Positions 22,301 through 31,768 of a stretch of 50,994 nucleotides of DNA are shown in pieces (position 1 is the stretch's first letter; every line of letters starts with the position of its first letter). The DNA lies in the NCBI GenBank assembly GCA_008369845.1, contig MRSU01008998.1:1-50994 (forward strand). The letters run 5' to 3'. The translations under genes were made by a program, and so were the position numbers. Under the pieces are notes generated by a model. It saw only the letters and a program-made list of their open reading frames with translations. It was not told the origin of the DNA and made no database searches. Source of the stretch: Trichomonas gallinae (Eukaryota).

Positions 22301-25300
22301 GCGGGAAGAAGTGTGTGTCATATTTTGCCGGCGACAAAACTTTTGAAAACATTGTTTTGATTGACAATGTTTTAGATGTTTCTGGGCCTTGCAGCAAAAC
22401 GTGATAACCTTTGGAACATAATAATCTCGACAAGAAGATTGTTACTGCACTTTCCTTTGTTGGAACAAGCTGCTGTTCTATTGGTAAATCTTCTGTTATC
22501 TTTTGATTCGTTTGTCCGTCCATCCATGGGAGCCATGTGAATTGAGCCAAGTCGATGTAATAATCATAAATCAAGCCTTTAGGTGGGAACTGGACACGAG
22601 ACTGTGTTGTTTCAAGCAAATCTCTGACGAATTTATCAAATAATAGTCTCGAGTCTTCATCTAAAGCACCACCGAAAGCCCAGATAACACAGAAAACGAA
22701 AATCTTCTCGAAGATCAATGTTGATTGTTCTGACTCGAAATATGGGATTGAATCTGATCCTTGGTGGAAGACTGAGAAGTACTTCGATGTGTCTAGTGGA
22801 TCAGTCATTACTGTTTCTTCTCCATCTGTTGAACTTTCAACTGGTTGTCTTAAAACATCCAAGAATGAATTCAGCAAATTCAACAAACTTCTTACGCAAA
22901 AGTTTGGATTGATTTTGATTGATGTCTTCGCATCATTTGAAATGAATGTCAATGTGTTTCGTATCCATGAATTCATCAACTCTCTTACATAGTTAGCAAC
23001 AGCCGGCTGCTTTTCAACTAATGAATCTCTCCATGAATCAGCCAAAGCATTCCACTGCAAAACACATGGATCAAAATAAACCATGCCGCAGCGAGAAACA
23101 GTAGCTGGAGAAGCTTCGTCGAGGTTGTCGACTTCGAACATCATTTTGACGTGAGGTCCTAGCTGAATACGTTCGTTATTCGGCAAGCAGAGAACCTTGT
23201 TATCATCAAGCAAAGAGTTCATTGACTCGATCCACAAAGAGTCAACAGGTCCATCGACAATGATCCACTTTCCGACTGATTGATCGCTGAATGTCATCTC
23301 TCTAATGATCTTTGACAAAACACCATCAGCCCATTCTGAAGTAACTGGATTAAATGCACCGTAAAGTTCTGCAATGGAAATAGCTTTAGGATTCAATGTT
23401 TCGATTTGGATTGGTTTGTAAGTGTTTGAGTTTTGCGACATATTTGTCAAAGCGAGTGAAAGAGACCTCCAGGCTGTTGATTTGCCGCCCATTGCACCAC
23501 CAACGAGCATGATACCGTGTCTGACTAACGTTGTCTCATATAATTCGACTGTTTTCGCAATTGTTGCATCTAATGGTTGTTCGTTGATTGACTTTAGTGA
23601 ATATTTGATTGAAGTAATGAATTCATCGCTCATTGGCTTGTTGTATTCTACATTCGGGAACACATCACTCAAAATTCCGTTGAATAATGGAATATCATCG
23701 GAAATCAACTTAGGAACAGTGCAGTCTCTGATTGTTCTCACCAACAGAAGAGACTCGTTTGCTTCTAAGTCGTTTCGTTTTGCTTTTCCTGCTGTTGAAA
23801 GAATGGCTTTCATTGCTCTTAGGCCCCAATCGTAGTGGTGGCTGTTTGATAATTGTTTCCTGCATAAGTCGAACAATGCAACAAGTTTGACAGCGAGTGA
23901 AGAAGCTGTTGTGAAACCGCCCGAAAACAGCAAAATTTCTGAGATGAAAATAAAGTCTGGGACCATCATAGCGCAAGGCCTGAACAACGCCTTCAAGTTA
24001 TCTGGCAACTCTGTTCTTCCTGCATAGCCTGGGTTCATTGTGATGCAAATGGCTGCGTTGTGGTTGATCTTTAGCTGTCTCTTGTCCAACTGGAATGTTT
24101 GCAAATTCTCTGCAATTGCGTCTTGGATTGTTCTGACTTGTTGAGCGATGACTGACAAAACTTCGATGTTGATTCTGTTGAATTCATCGAAGCATGACCA
24201 TGAGCCTGAACTAGACAAGCCAGCGAAGAACTGCGACATTTGCTCTGGAGTAACTTCTTCTGAGCAGTTATACACGACGCAAGATCTTCCTAAAGCTTTC
24301 GCGCAATCTCTGACTGTCTCTGTTTTTCCTGTACCTGCAGGACCACTTGGAGCACCACTCAAGAACATCCTGAACGCGCACAACAATGTCTGATAGCATC
24401 TGTCTGTCAAAGGAGTGATAACTAATCTCGTTGAATTGCCTGCGTATTCATATGAATACTCGAAAGTGTTGTTTATTGATCTGACAATAACAGTTTGATC
24501 TTCCCAGTAGTACCTTAACTGCTGCAGCCACTTGAATGATTCTAAGTCAGTGACTTCATTTTGAACGAAATCTTTGATAATATCGCGATTGTGGACTTCC
24601 AATATCAGCAAGCAAGATAAAACTTGTCTCGTTAAGTGATTGATTGGTTTTCTGACTAAAGATGTCAAACCTTCCAACTGTTCGATGAATTTTTGCAGCA
24701 AAACTTTCATCGCTCTGAGTTTTTGTCCATTCAAGACTTGTGTGACTTGCTGCGTCCAGTTTATCTGGTTCGTTATCAAGATAACCTGAGCTGGATAATT
24801 GACGATCCACTCCTCTCTGTTCAACTTCTTTAGCGAAGAATTTGCCTGCTCGATGTATTGGTTGATCGAGTGCTTCATTTCTTCTTCGAAATTGTTCAGC
24901 CAATCTTCTATTTCAGGGGTGTCAAAGTTAACAGGATTGAACAGTTTGACTTCTTCTCCCTCTGAGTCGTTCATAGAGACAATGTCGTTTCCATCCATTG
25001 TAACTGTTGAAACGTATTCAAAAAGTTTTGACAACGATTCCTGGACTTTCTTGATGTCTTTGGAATGACTTAATATTGTGATAAGTTCATCATTAGACAA
25101 GAAGAAAAATCTTGGGAATCCCATTCTCTTGGCTTCGAGATACTTGTTCAATCCAACATTAATGAAATCGAGCAGTCTGTTGCATTCGTAAAGTTGTTCG
25201 TATAAATTGTCTCTGGTCATAACTGTCTGGAATTCGGGATGAGAATGTGTCGCGTTCATTACTGAGTTCCATATTCCTTCTACATTCTTCCAATCCCTGG

Positions 25301-28300
25301 CTTCTTTAACTAGTTTCTGTTGTATAGATGTTCCGGTGAAAATCGGCTGCAAATAGAGCCAGTTCTTTTGGCATGAAATCCACTTGTTAATGATTTTCTC
25401 TGAAAGATGCAAGAAATTCAATCTATCGAGAGCTCTCTTCTTAACTGGCTCTATGAAAGGTGATGCCAAGATTGTCTGTGTTGTGACAAGTTGGTCGTCG
25501 ATTGTTGAAACAATGTCGTCTATTTCGTTTAATATATACTGTCCAGAATCTCTGAACTCGCTTGTCACAAACTTCTTTGTTTGAAGTTCGCCGTCCATTT
25601 GATCTAAAGATGTTTCCAGTGTGTATTCTTGGGCAGCTACATTTGCTATTGCTGTTACTGGTTCCATCCATTTCTCGAAATGCAAGTCTAAAAATCCTTG
25701 CAAAGTTAATTCTAAATCAGGTGCAGCATTAAAACCGACAACCTTCGAAATTTCCTCCCAATGCTTCGTTTTAATGCCTGGATGCCTTAACTTCATGATC
25801 AGAGGAACATTCTTCTTGAACTCGTCTATGTTTTCGCTCAGTGGATTTAAAACTCTGTCGACTAAAAAGTGTTGATCTGCCAAATCTTTTCTCAGCTTGT
25901 TAACTTTTTTCGTGCCCAAGATAATAAACTGGTTAATTTGGTCTGGCTTGATTTGCGTGAAAGATGTGTCGAGCCATGATGTCTTTGTCGTGGACCAGTC
26001 GCTGGCTAAGTTCCACAACGTGTGCAAAGGCGTGAATTCTTGCTGCAATTTCTGCAAAACTTTATTCGAACCTTGTTCGAAGGAAAACAGCTTTTCGTGC
26101 CTGTTGTATGTCTCCTGCTCCTTCTGCATGTCTTGCAACTGCTTCTCCATCTCGTTCACAAGGTCAACGGCTTCGACTGTCATGTCTAAGTCGTTGTATT
26201 TCTGCGCGAACATCATAACTTTCTCGCTCAAATCCAAGGCTTCGTCTTCTAGTTTCTTTTGGTTGACTTTGAGTTCTCTTATCATCTTTATTCTCTCTAT
26301 GGACAAAATTCTCTCAGTTTCATCGAGCATAACTGAGATTTTTGTCGGCATTTGTCTGATCTTATACCAAAACTCGATTTCTTCGTTGGATATTTCGTAT
26401 TGGAACTCTTCTAAGAATGCGAATCTGTTTTTGATCTGCGTAATCATGTCTGTCTTTTGCTGCGCTGTGTCATAAATCTTCACCATGTATTTCTTCATTT
26501 CTGCCAAACTTTCTGGTGTTGTTGGGATCTTCTTGAGTTCTACTGTTATCTCGTTGTATTCTTTGTTAAGGTTGTCTAAGTCAGACAAAACGAATTTGTT
26601 GATGTGGTCCAAAAAGTTGAACATCAAGTTGTTACAATGCACAATTGACTTCTGCTTGAAGTCCGTGCACATGATTTTGAAGAAATTAACGTTGTAAGAG
26701 TCTTCCATTCCTTGAATTGCATTTAATACTTTTGTAAATTCGCCGAGTTGATGTCTGTACTCTTCCAAAGACTTTTTGCCGCTTGGATCGAATGAAACTG
26801 CGTATTCGTTTGGATCTAGGCCTAAAACTGGAGCCAAAAATTCGTGATCTGTTATAAATCTCTTTGTTTGTGAGTAAAGAGTGTCGATGATGTTTGTAAA
26901 TGGCTCATATCTATGCTGAATAAGCTCACAGCAGTCTTGGAATGATACAGAACTTGTGTCAACCTCGAACATTGCAGATTTGATGTTTAACATGTCTTGT
27001 GCTGTAGATTCGAGCTGCTGAGTGAGACCAAGTATCTCCTCTCTTGATTTTTCTATTGTTGGGTCAAGAGTAATGAGTTTGTCTTCAGATAATACTAAAT
27101 TTACCGAGATTTGTGGCTCAGCGCTTTTATCGTTAATATATTTCTCGAATGAGCTCATGAAATCGTTCATAGACTCAGATATGATAATATACAAGACCGT
27201 ATGAAGCATTCTTGTCGTTAGTGTAGCTAATTGATCAGACATTGCTCTTTCTTTTGCACTTAACTTCTCGCCAAATGTCTGGGATATAGAAGCTTCTAGT
27301 GTATTTTGTATTGATGTCTTCAAATTAGATGAAACTGTTGCTAATTTAGTGAATTGTTTTGAAATGTAGTCTTCTAAGATCAAAAGCTCGTCAAATCCAT
27401 TCGTTAATAATCTAAAGTTGGAGGAGTGGTCGAAAATAGCCCAAATTTGGTAGATTGCGCGTTGAAAAACTGGATACGCGAATAATAAAAATTCGGTTAA
27501 GCGTTTTTTGTTCTCTTCGTAGTTAGAATCACCATGAGGAACAAGTTCTAATTTTGGTGGTGGTGGTTTTTGGCTTAAAACGGCAAAAAATTCTTCGCGA
27601 TTCGGAATAAGTTCGTTATATTCAAGTTCTCTTTCGAATTCGAGCTGATTATTGACTGTCTTGAACTCTTCGCAGATTTCGTGGATAAGCTTCTGTTTAA
27701 TTTCGGCTGATCTTTTATAATTGTCTGGAAGATTGATTTTTTCGAAAATTGATTGAATATTTTCGGGTGAAAGTTCAGGAAGATTGTTCCTTGGCATTGT
27801 ATCGATTCTAACTTGATATCTTACTGATGCTTCGTATAATGCAGCACCGCGTTTAGCAGCAGCAACTCTTTTGTTGAATAACTCCTGGTTTTCGCGTTCG
27901 AACCTCAGATTGAATCGAGAAACGTATTTTCTTCGTCCTGTTGACATCCATTCTATCAAAAACAAGTGTTTTTCCTCATCATATTCGATTACTTTGCACT
28001 TTGACCAGAATATGTGACCATCCAAGTCTTGGTATCGCGAATAACCAACTGGATCCTTCATTAAAACTTCCAGCGGAAATTCTTCGTAAGATGAGTCATC
28101 GAACATATCTGATGGAACAAACTGAGGTTCCTGTAAGTTTTCGTCCTGATTTAAGGGCGGAATGGGCTTGATTGGATTGATTGTTCTTGATTTCAGTATA
28201 TCGTTTAAGTCTGTTGTCGTAGTACCGGCTGGGAAGCTAACACGCTCGATGGGGTTAATCTGGCCAGCAGCATTTCTCGATTTCGGTATGTGAATCCTAG

Positions 28301-28559
28301 GTTGATAAACAGGGCCGACGAATTGTTCGCTTGTTTTAATTTTCTGTGTCTTAGGCGACCGAATTGGAGGTGATGGAAGCTGTTTTACTGATGTAGTTGC
28401 TGTTTTCGAAAGAGAAAGGCTCCATTCTCCAATTTGCGGGATCTTCACGCTTTCTTCGGGCGGAACTTTGCCGAGTTTCTTGGAGAGCTCCTTCTCCTTG
28501 ATGATATTTTGCTCGTTTGTGAGCAGACGGGACGTTGCACGGCCCAATCTGCTGTCCAT
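16362..28559 (-). CDS. Axonemal dynein heavy chain, probably single-headed inner-arm (DNAH1-like)
   Basis: About 4065 aa. Motifs include FPRFFFLSN, RLVITPLTDRCY, AAA1 GPAGTGKT, CFDEFNRI, GYAGR.ELPDNL, YDWGLR, the stalk/MTBD and a C-terminal HW..R.VA. The N-terminal RFNL.F..E....F..RV..A resembles DNAH1-type tails. The start is set at ATG 28559; 28604 lies in A/T-rich leader. Confidence 0.95.
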   Translation of the reverse strand: MDSRLGRATSRLLTNEQNIIKEKELSKKLGKVPPEESVKIPQIGEWSLSLSKTATTSVKQLPSPPIRSPKTQKIKTSEQFVGPVYQPRIHIPKSRNAAGQINPIERVSFPAGTTTTDLNDILKSRTINPIKPIPPLNQDENLQEPQFVPSDMFDDSSYEEFPLEVLMKDPVGYSRYQDLDGHIFWSKCKVIEYDEEKHLFLIEWMSTGRRKYVSRFNLRFERENQELFNKRVAAAKRGAALYEASVRYQVRIDTMPRNNLPELSPENIQSIFEKINLPDNYKRSAEIKQKLIHEICEEFKTVNNQLEFERELEYNELIPNREEFFAVLSQKPPPPKLELVPHGDSNYEENKKRLTEFLLFAYPVFQRAIYQIWAIFDHSSNFRLLTNGFDELLILEDYISKQFTKLATVSSNLKTSIQNTLEASISQTFGEKLSAKERAMSDQLATLTTRMLHTVLYIIISESMNDFMSSFEKYINDKSAEPQISVNLVLSEDKLITLDPTIEKSREEILGLTQQLESTAQDMLNIKSAMFEVDTSSVSFQDCCELIQHRYEPFTNIIDTLYSQTKRFITDHEFLAPVLGLDPNEYAVSFDPSGKKSLEEYRHQLGEFTKVLNAIQGMEDSYNVNFFKIMCTDFKQKSIVHCNNLMFNFLDHINKFVLSDLDNLNKEYNEITVELKKIPTTPESLAEMKKYMVKIYDTAQQKTDMITQIKNRFAFLEEFQYEISNEEIEFWYKIRQMPTKISVMLDETERILSIERIKMIRELKVNQKKLEDEALDLSEKVMMFAQKYNDLDMTVEAVDLVNEMEKQLQDMQKEQETYNRHEKLFSFEQGSNKVLQKLQQEFTPLHTLWNLASDWSTTKTSWLDTSFTQIKPDQINQFIILGTKKVNKLRKDLADQHFLVDRVLNPLSENIDEFKKNVPLIMKLRHPGIKTKHWEEISKVVGFNAAPDLELTLQGFLDLHFEKWMEPVTAIANVAAQEYTLETSLDQMDGELQTKKFVTSEFRDSGQYILNEIDDIVSTIDDQLVTTQTILASPFIEPVKKRALDRLNFLHLSEKIINKWISCQKNWLYLQPIFTGTSIQQKLVKEARDWKNVEGIWNSVMNATHSHPEFQTVMTRDNLYEQLYECNRLLDFINVGLNKYLEAKRMGFPRFFFLSNDELITILSHSKDIKKVQESLSKLFEYVSTVTMDGNDIVSMNDSEGEEVKLFNPVNFDTPEIEDWLNNFEEEMKHSINQYIEQANSSLKKLNREEWIVNYPAQVILITNQINWTQQVTQVLNGQKLRAMKVLLQKFIEQLEGLTSLVRKPINHLTRQVLSCLLILEVHNRDIIKDFVQNEVTDLESFKWLQQLRYYWEDQTVIVRSINNTFEYSYEYAGNSTRLVITPLTDRCYQTLLCAFRMFLSGAPSGPAGTGKTETVRDCAKALGRSCVVYNCSEEVTPEQMSQFFAGLSSSGSWSCFDEFNRINIEVLSVIAQQVRTIQDAIAENLQTFQLDKRQLKINHNAAICITMNPGYAGRTELPDNLKALFRPCAMMVPDFIFISEILLFSGGFTTASSLAVKLVALFDLCRKQLSNSHHYDWGLRAMKAILSTAGKAKRNDLEANESLLLVRTIRDCTVPKLISDDIPLFNGILSDVFPNVEYNKPMSDEFITSIKYSLKSINEQPLDATIAKTVELYETTLVRHGIMLVGGAMGGKSTAWRSLSLALTNMSQNSNTYKPIQIETLNPKAISIAELYGAFNPVTSEWADGVLSKIIREMTFSDQSVGKWIIVDGPVDSLWIESMNSLLDDNKVLCLPNNERIQLGPHVKMMFEVDNLDEASPATVSRCGMVYFDPCVLQWNALADSWRDSLVEKQPAVANYVRELMNSWIRNTLTFISNDAKTSIKINPNFCVRSLLNLLNSFLDVLRQPVESSTDGEETVMTDPLDTSKYFSVFHQGSDSIPYFESEQSTLIFEKIFVFCVIWAFGGALDEDSRLLFDKFVRDLLETTQSRVQFPPKGLIYDYYIDLAQFTWLPWMDGQTNQKITEDLPIEQQLVPTKESAVTIFLSRLLCSKGYHVLLQGPETSKTLSIKTMFSKVLSPAKYDTHFFPLASCSTPNGISKYMHAFMHKRQGKLGPLPNQQLIYLLDNINAVQPEVYGAQPPLELLRQFMDYNGWYQTSPVEFQEITGTSLIATMGVPGGGLYNIPERLLSHFFILHSPAYNVIETSQIVEGLMMNAFGKYSQSIVERLKPISNAMVGIYAECQKSLLAIPSKLHYIFNMRNIIHVIKGMLLIKPENIPTEIQFMRLWQHEMMREFHDRFNTNSDRKWLIAALKQQIEEGMHGKVDREPMFCSFSDNTKLYKEVNVSQEQLIQICNNLLEEHNREVQKQLDIVLFPEAISHLASLSRAFSLERGHAMLVGVKSSGRKSLAHLALYACSMEPFEISITRTYNFEEWRENLKTLMHQCGVEDRPTGFIISDVQIIMPQQLEDISNILTSSEVPQLYDRDEIEAIKQEINKDDTAADNIPAWDKFMLRVKKNLHVILVFSPYGQTFKDVMLSFTNIRNEVIIDWYMPWLNESLVSIGLTALQKANIPSNIINNVIKIMVDIHKSAEDFASKFIKETKRYNAVTPSRFFELLQTFTERLINGQNSNQSSIKDYTQGIEKIKSTQAQIATMREQLDRDIPILQKTEKEVNEMLKELSVKSAECENTQKEVKEQSDVAEKEAQQATEANRVAQEQFAKAEPILEEARIAVSKLDKDSLVNIKKLHNPTSGMKDTFDAVCIMFERQPRKVDGPTPGTKEEDYWPEAVSLLNDIKFINNITNFKIENMKQQTINKLKKYVPTDPAAREEKKKAAQQSFAAVGAFYDWVCASFDYWNVYQEILPLKNAADEASKKLEASQAILHKAKQHLAQVEQTLKDLQDKVDAMKQRETELKENVQKTTARLDRANKIMSGLAGETDRWTEVSSSLENSSKYIMGDSILISGVLTYLGVYSPSYRTNILKTWQGFLNDNGIVFTNNFSIISSLGNDATIRDWITKGLSNDSHSIQNALIITKNPESFPLLIDPQLNGTTWLRAIDEKLVALRFDQVDFLQRLKSCIQIGIPVIVENVGLKIDPIIDPILSKEIMNVDGAKTISIGGEVVNYNDNFRLYLSTKYPNPQYSPAICSQVTLINFTTTEEGLTDLLLNNLIEVERADLDEKRVQIMEASALAIRRLKEIEKEILNIVSNAGSDILDDDKAITTLHNAHETSQSIAQQMAASEITQKQITEFRNQFFQVASRAALLYFCVSDFSVIDSMYQFSLKWFTNLFRNAIINAQHFQNVDETIKSFNNTIARNFYESVSYSLFSRHKLLFSSLMCIRILHSEKKISSSELAFLLSPNVEQLTSPLLFITDESWRQAAALEKISSDFNNLTKHIQENSDKWREYMENQTAETATIPFGQGKLSSFQKFLLLKIFHLERVREGLHIFIEENLGKEFVTPPTLNLTKVFKESNTTTPLIFIIMPGIDPQDEILGVTASMEMEKYVRAYSLGRGRGQGAEELIREAAESGFIVVLQNCHLSLSWMPKLEHILNELSMEPDKLNPRFRVCLVTMSDPNFPIGILYQGTKLIYEIPRGIRENIMRIYSGFNADEYESDSSEIEKQLTFNLAFFHSVVLERLQFGSMGWNIPYEFNPSDFAISRKQLHTFLTESGNNQNDIPFEALGYVIGELNYGGRVTDAWDRRLLLSVLQRYFSEESTSQGFTFGKRYNSPSSFDIPLPDIIKVLEGWPTVTASQDVGLSLNASTIVARNEAMNIFNKLIEVQPTLVSSSESVSEEQFALSLVTSLQQVLPRPFNIFNFKKKFTQKDTIATVLYHEIVLYNELIQTIAESLKKIERGLKGLILIDSQLETLKKRLLSNRVPEIWLSKSFPSILTLRNYMDDLRQRVDFIDNWIRMGTPVVYRLGAFFHPEEFLTAVLQVYARTKVVPFDTLSWKTTPINTIINESPSEGIYIEGLPLEGAKWDNFQGTLVECSQMELDNKLPVFHLVPTEQPSQYDRSKFYECPVFRTQSRGTGALDLPNYILSLFLPSKVSPDHWIQRSVAAFITVQ

Positions 28560-30016
28560 CTTTTTTTTTCTTGAAAAAAACACGTTTTTTTGTTTTCTTA
28601 ACATTTTGGTAATTTTATTACATATTTACAGTGTTTAACTCATAATATTCACTTTTTATCAATAAATTAATGGTCAAAAACAAATATTTCAAATAACATA
28701 TTAGAAAATGTTATCATTTATAATAAAATAGTTTTATTGGATGTACAATTGTAAAATGTAGACTTGAATTTAGACGTAATAGATTTTTGAGATTAAAACA
28801 AATGATTTCATAATAGTTTTATGGCATTTAATCTGAATAATGCTGTCTATTATGTCGAATAGTGTAGATGTAGTCAGTTACAAGAAAGGCTGTTTAATCA
28901 CAAAAGTAAAAAAAAATCTTGCATCAATTCTTGGAAGAGAAAAGTGAGAATAACATTATCCTCTATCTCCTTGTTTCAATATATGGATCTATAATCGCTA
29001 GTTTTACGTTCTAGAATTGTTAAATTTGGAAAATTTAGAAGCAAGCTTGAGCAAAATTTACCAAAAATTAATATGTGATTTATAAAAAATTAAAATTTTC
29101 ATTTAAAAAGAATGGAGCCACGGAGAAATTAATGAATGGAATGCACCTTGTTTTACAAGTATATCAGGATTAATATAATAGAATTTAATTTTGTCAGCTA
29201 TTTTGAGTATATTGAAATCATTTTTGACATGAAAATATTTCCATGTATGAATAATTATAATAACATTTTGTAAATAAAAGAAGTTCAAGAAGCAAAAGTT
29301 CTGTATGATAAATCTATATGAAAATCAAATCAAATTTTTGCTGAATGCTCTGTAGAAATATAGATTTATCAAGAAAAATATATTCAATAAGAGGATTTAT
29401 GCCCAAAAAATTGTTAAATAGTTATATTTAACTGTCGAGTGAGATAGAAAATTTATCGTCAATTTTTGTAAAATAAGGCTATGCCATATAATCGATAACA
29501 ATAATATGCATAACATTGTATAATGCATTTTCCCAATTTCGTTAAATTTTCTTCTCAAAATAAAGCTTTGAAAAATTGTCAAATCAAAACGTGACATTCA
29601 GCATCTTTTTCGTTTTATTATTCTTTTTCAATATATAAAAGAGATTTTTGATTTTTCATAAAATTTGAAGATTTTATTCTGATTTATGATTCAATGCGCC
29701 ATATATCATGATAATAATATTACCGATTAAAATTTGGCCAAATTTCTGCGATAATTTTGAATAGTCTCTCAATTTTTTGACCGCCAAATTTTTATTTCGC
29801 AATTATTGTGCATTTTATATTTAATGTATTATTGATCAAAAACTCAATTTCAAAAGCTTTCTCAATAATCACACAGAATTCAATGTAACTCAAATGATAG
29901 TTCGCAATATGTCATACTATGTATTTTATATATGATTTTTTAATTTCGAAAAATTTCTCTGAAATTAGCGGTAGAAATATTCAAACCAAAGTTTTCTCCA
30001 AATAATTAGTTCGTTA

Positions 30017-31768
30017 ATGCTATTTTCTTTCGTTACATTTGCATCATCAACAACAAGCATAAAGTACAGACAAGAGTTCACCAGCTATGGACAATATAAC
30101 TTCTATCAAACATGTTTCGAAGTTACATCATCAGCAGATGGTGGTGCATTGTTCTTCAACTCAGTAAGTGGATCATTGACAATGAACGAAATAGAATACA
30201 AGAATGTATTCAATTCAAATCAAGGCGGATGCATATCCATAAATACTGGAAATTATTTTCCTTCGAAATTTTCTAAAATCTGCGTGTATAATTGCAGAAC
30301 ATCGAACAATGGTAACTATGGTTACTTCCAAATGAAGAGTGATGATGTCCATACACACACTTTGTCATCGATTGCCAAAATTTCAAATGGAGGCTACGGC
30401 ACAGTGAATATCAACGGATTACAGCTCCAGAATTATACCAATCTCAATGTTTCTGATGTAAAACAAAACAACGGAAATGTTTTCCAAAATCCAAATAAAA
30501 TCAATTTCAAGTACGCAAACTTCGAATTCCTCAATAAACCAGTTATGCAGTATCCAAGCAGCCAAGTAAAATTCGAGTACTGTAATTTTAACCGTAATTC
30601 TTATTCTTCTGCTACAGACATGGTTTTATCATCACAACCTATCTACTTCCAGTGGTGCTTCTTCCTGTTGAATACAAACTACAGAATGACTTTGAGTGGA
30701 AATCCATCCATTATCAAAGACTGTTATTTTGATACATATAACGTTGTTTCTAACACCAATATACAGCAGACACGCGTTGGATCATCAACAATAGTCTATC
30801 CAACAAACTTTGATATTCTTAACCTTTATATATGTTACAACAACCTCCCATATACAGGTGTAATGTCATATCTCACTGACACAACTCCAGCGGCCACACT
30901 TTACTCCACTCCAATGAAATCTCCAGAAAATACTCCTTCATCAACTCCTGCTTCTACACCATCCTCAACCCCTTCATCTACACCATCTTCAACTCCATCA
31001 TCTACTCCCTCATCTACTCCTTTAAGAACTCCATCATCTACACCATCCTCAACTCCCTCATCTACTCCTTTAAGAACTCCATCTTCTACACCTATGAAAA
31101 CTCCATATAGAACCTCATCATCAACTCCCTCTTCTACACCACCATCTACCCAATCTAGGACTCCATATAGCACACCTTCTTCAACTCCTCAAAGGACACC
31201 AAAATCAACTCCTTTGACTCCCGAACTGACTCCAGTTCCAACACCTTCTGCAGTACCAGAGAGGACTCCATATCCTTCATCTACACCAAAGCCGCCGGAA
31301 CAAACCAAGAAATATGTTCCTACGCAGACTCCAATTATTAATATACCAGTACCAACAACTTCAAGCTCAAGCAGTGGTGGAGATGATAAATCAGAAGAAG
31401 GCAATTCTAAAAGTAGTAAGTTGTCGCCTCTCTCATGGCTAGGAATTTCATTATTAATTGCAGCTGTTATTGGTGTAATAGTATTTGTTGTTATATATCT
31501 CAGAAGGAAGCCAAGTATAGCTGTAAAGAAATTAGAAGCCAAATCCGAAGATTCTATGAATTATGATTCATCGGAAGTAAATGAATCTTCTGAGCCTTCT
31601 GATGATGACAACAAAGAAGATAATCAACCAAAAGATACGCAGAATCCAGATTCTACTCCAACTGCAGAACAATCTAATTTGGATTCTAAAAATGATCAAT
31701 TAGATCAACTCAACTCTGCGTTTCAGGTTTCATCTGATGCAGACCAAATTACTAACCTTGATTTGTAA
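30017..31768 (+). CDS. Type-I surface protein: Pmp/beta-helix-like N-terminal domain, Thr-Pro-Ser mucin-like stalk, TM and acidic cytosolic tail
   Basis: Short hydrophobic N-terminus (MLFSFVTF), DGGALFF/QGGCI and C.F motifs, a TPSS repeat stalk, TM WLGISLLIAAVIGVIVFVVIYL-RRK and a D/E/S-rich tail. Confidence 0.8.
   Translation: MLFSFVTFASSTTSIKYRQEFTSYGQYNFYQTCFEVTSSADGGALFFNSVSGSLTMNEIEYKNVFNSNQGGCISINTGNYFPSKFSKICVYNCRTSNNGNYGYFQMKSDDVHTHTLSSIAKISNGGYGTVNINGLQLQNYTNLNVSDVKQNNGNVFQNPNKINFKYANFEFLNKPVMQYPSSQVKFEYCNFNRNSYSSATDMVLSSQPIYFQWCFFLLNTNYRMTLSGNPSIIKDCYFDTYNVVSNTNIQQTRVGSSTIVYPTNFDILNLYICYNNLPYTGVMSYLTDTTPAATLYSTPMKSPENTPSSTPASTPSSTPSSTPSSTPSSTPSSTPLRTPSSTPSSTPSSTPLRTPSSTPMKTPYRTSSSTPSSTPPSTQSRTPYSTPSSTPQRTPKSTPLTPELTPVPTPSAVPERTPYPSSTPKPPEQTKKYVPTQTPIINIPVPTTSSSSSGGDDKSEEGNSKSSKLSPLSWLGISLLIAAVIGVIVFVVIYLRRKPSIAVKKLEAKSEDSMNYDSSEVNESSEPSDDDNKEDNQPKDTQNPDSTPTAEQSNLDSKNDQLDQLNSAFQVSSDADQITNLDL
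30882..31290 (+). repeat. Coding 12-bp (TPxx) tandem repeat array
   Basis: About 30 imperfect TPSS/TPLR/TPY units with synonymous variation (ACTCCATCATCT, ACACCATCCTCA). Confidence 0.85.

Noticed and set aside
16385..28171. Many 60-190 aa overlapping or antisense ORFs within dynein (likewise within the ankyrin, exportin, E2 and PA200 genes)
   Set aside because: Shadow ORFs produced by the codon bias of the real genes; no independent motifs.
30901..31542. Antisense GVDE/GVED repeat ORFs
   Set aside because: Mirror translation of the TPSS stalk. It is also not a CRISPR-like array, as there are no unique spacers.
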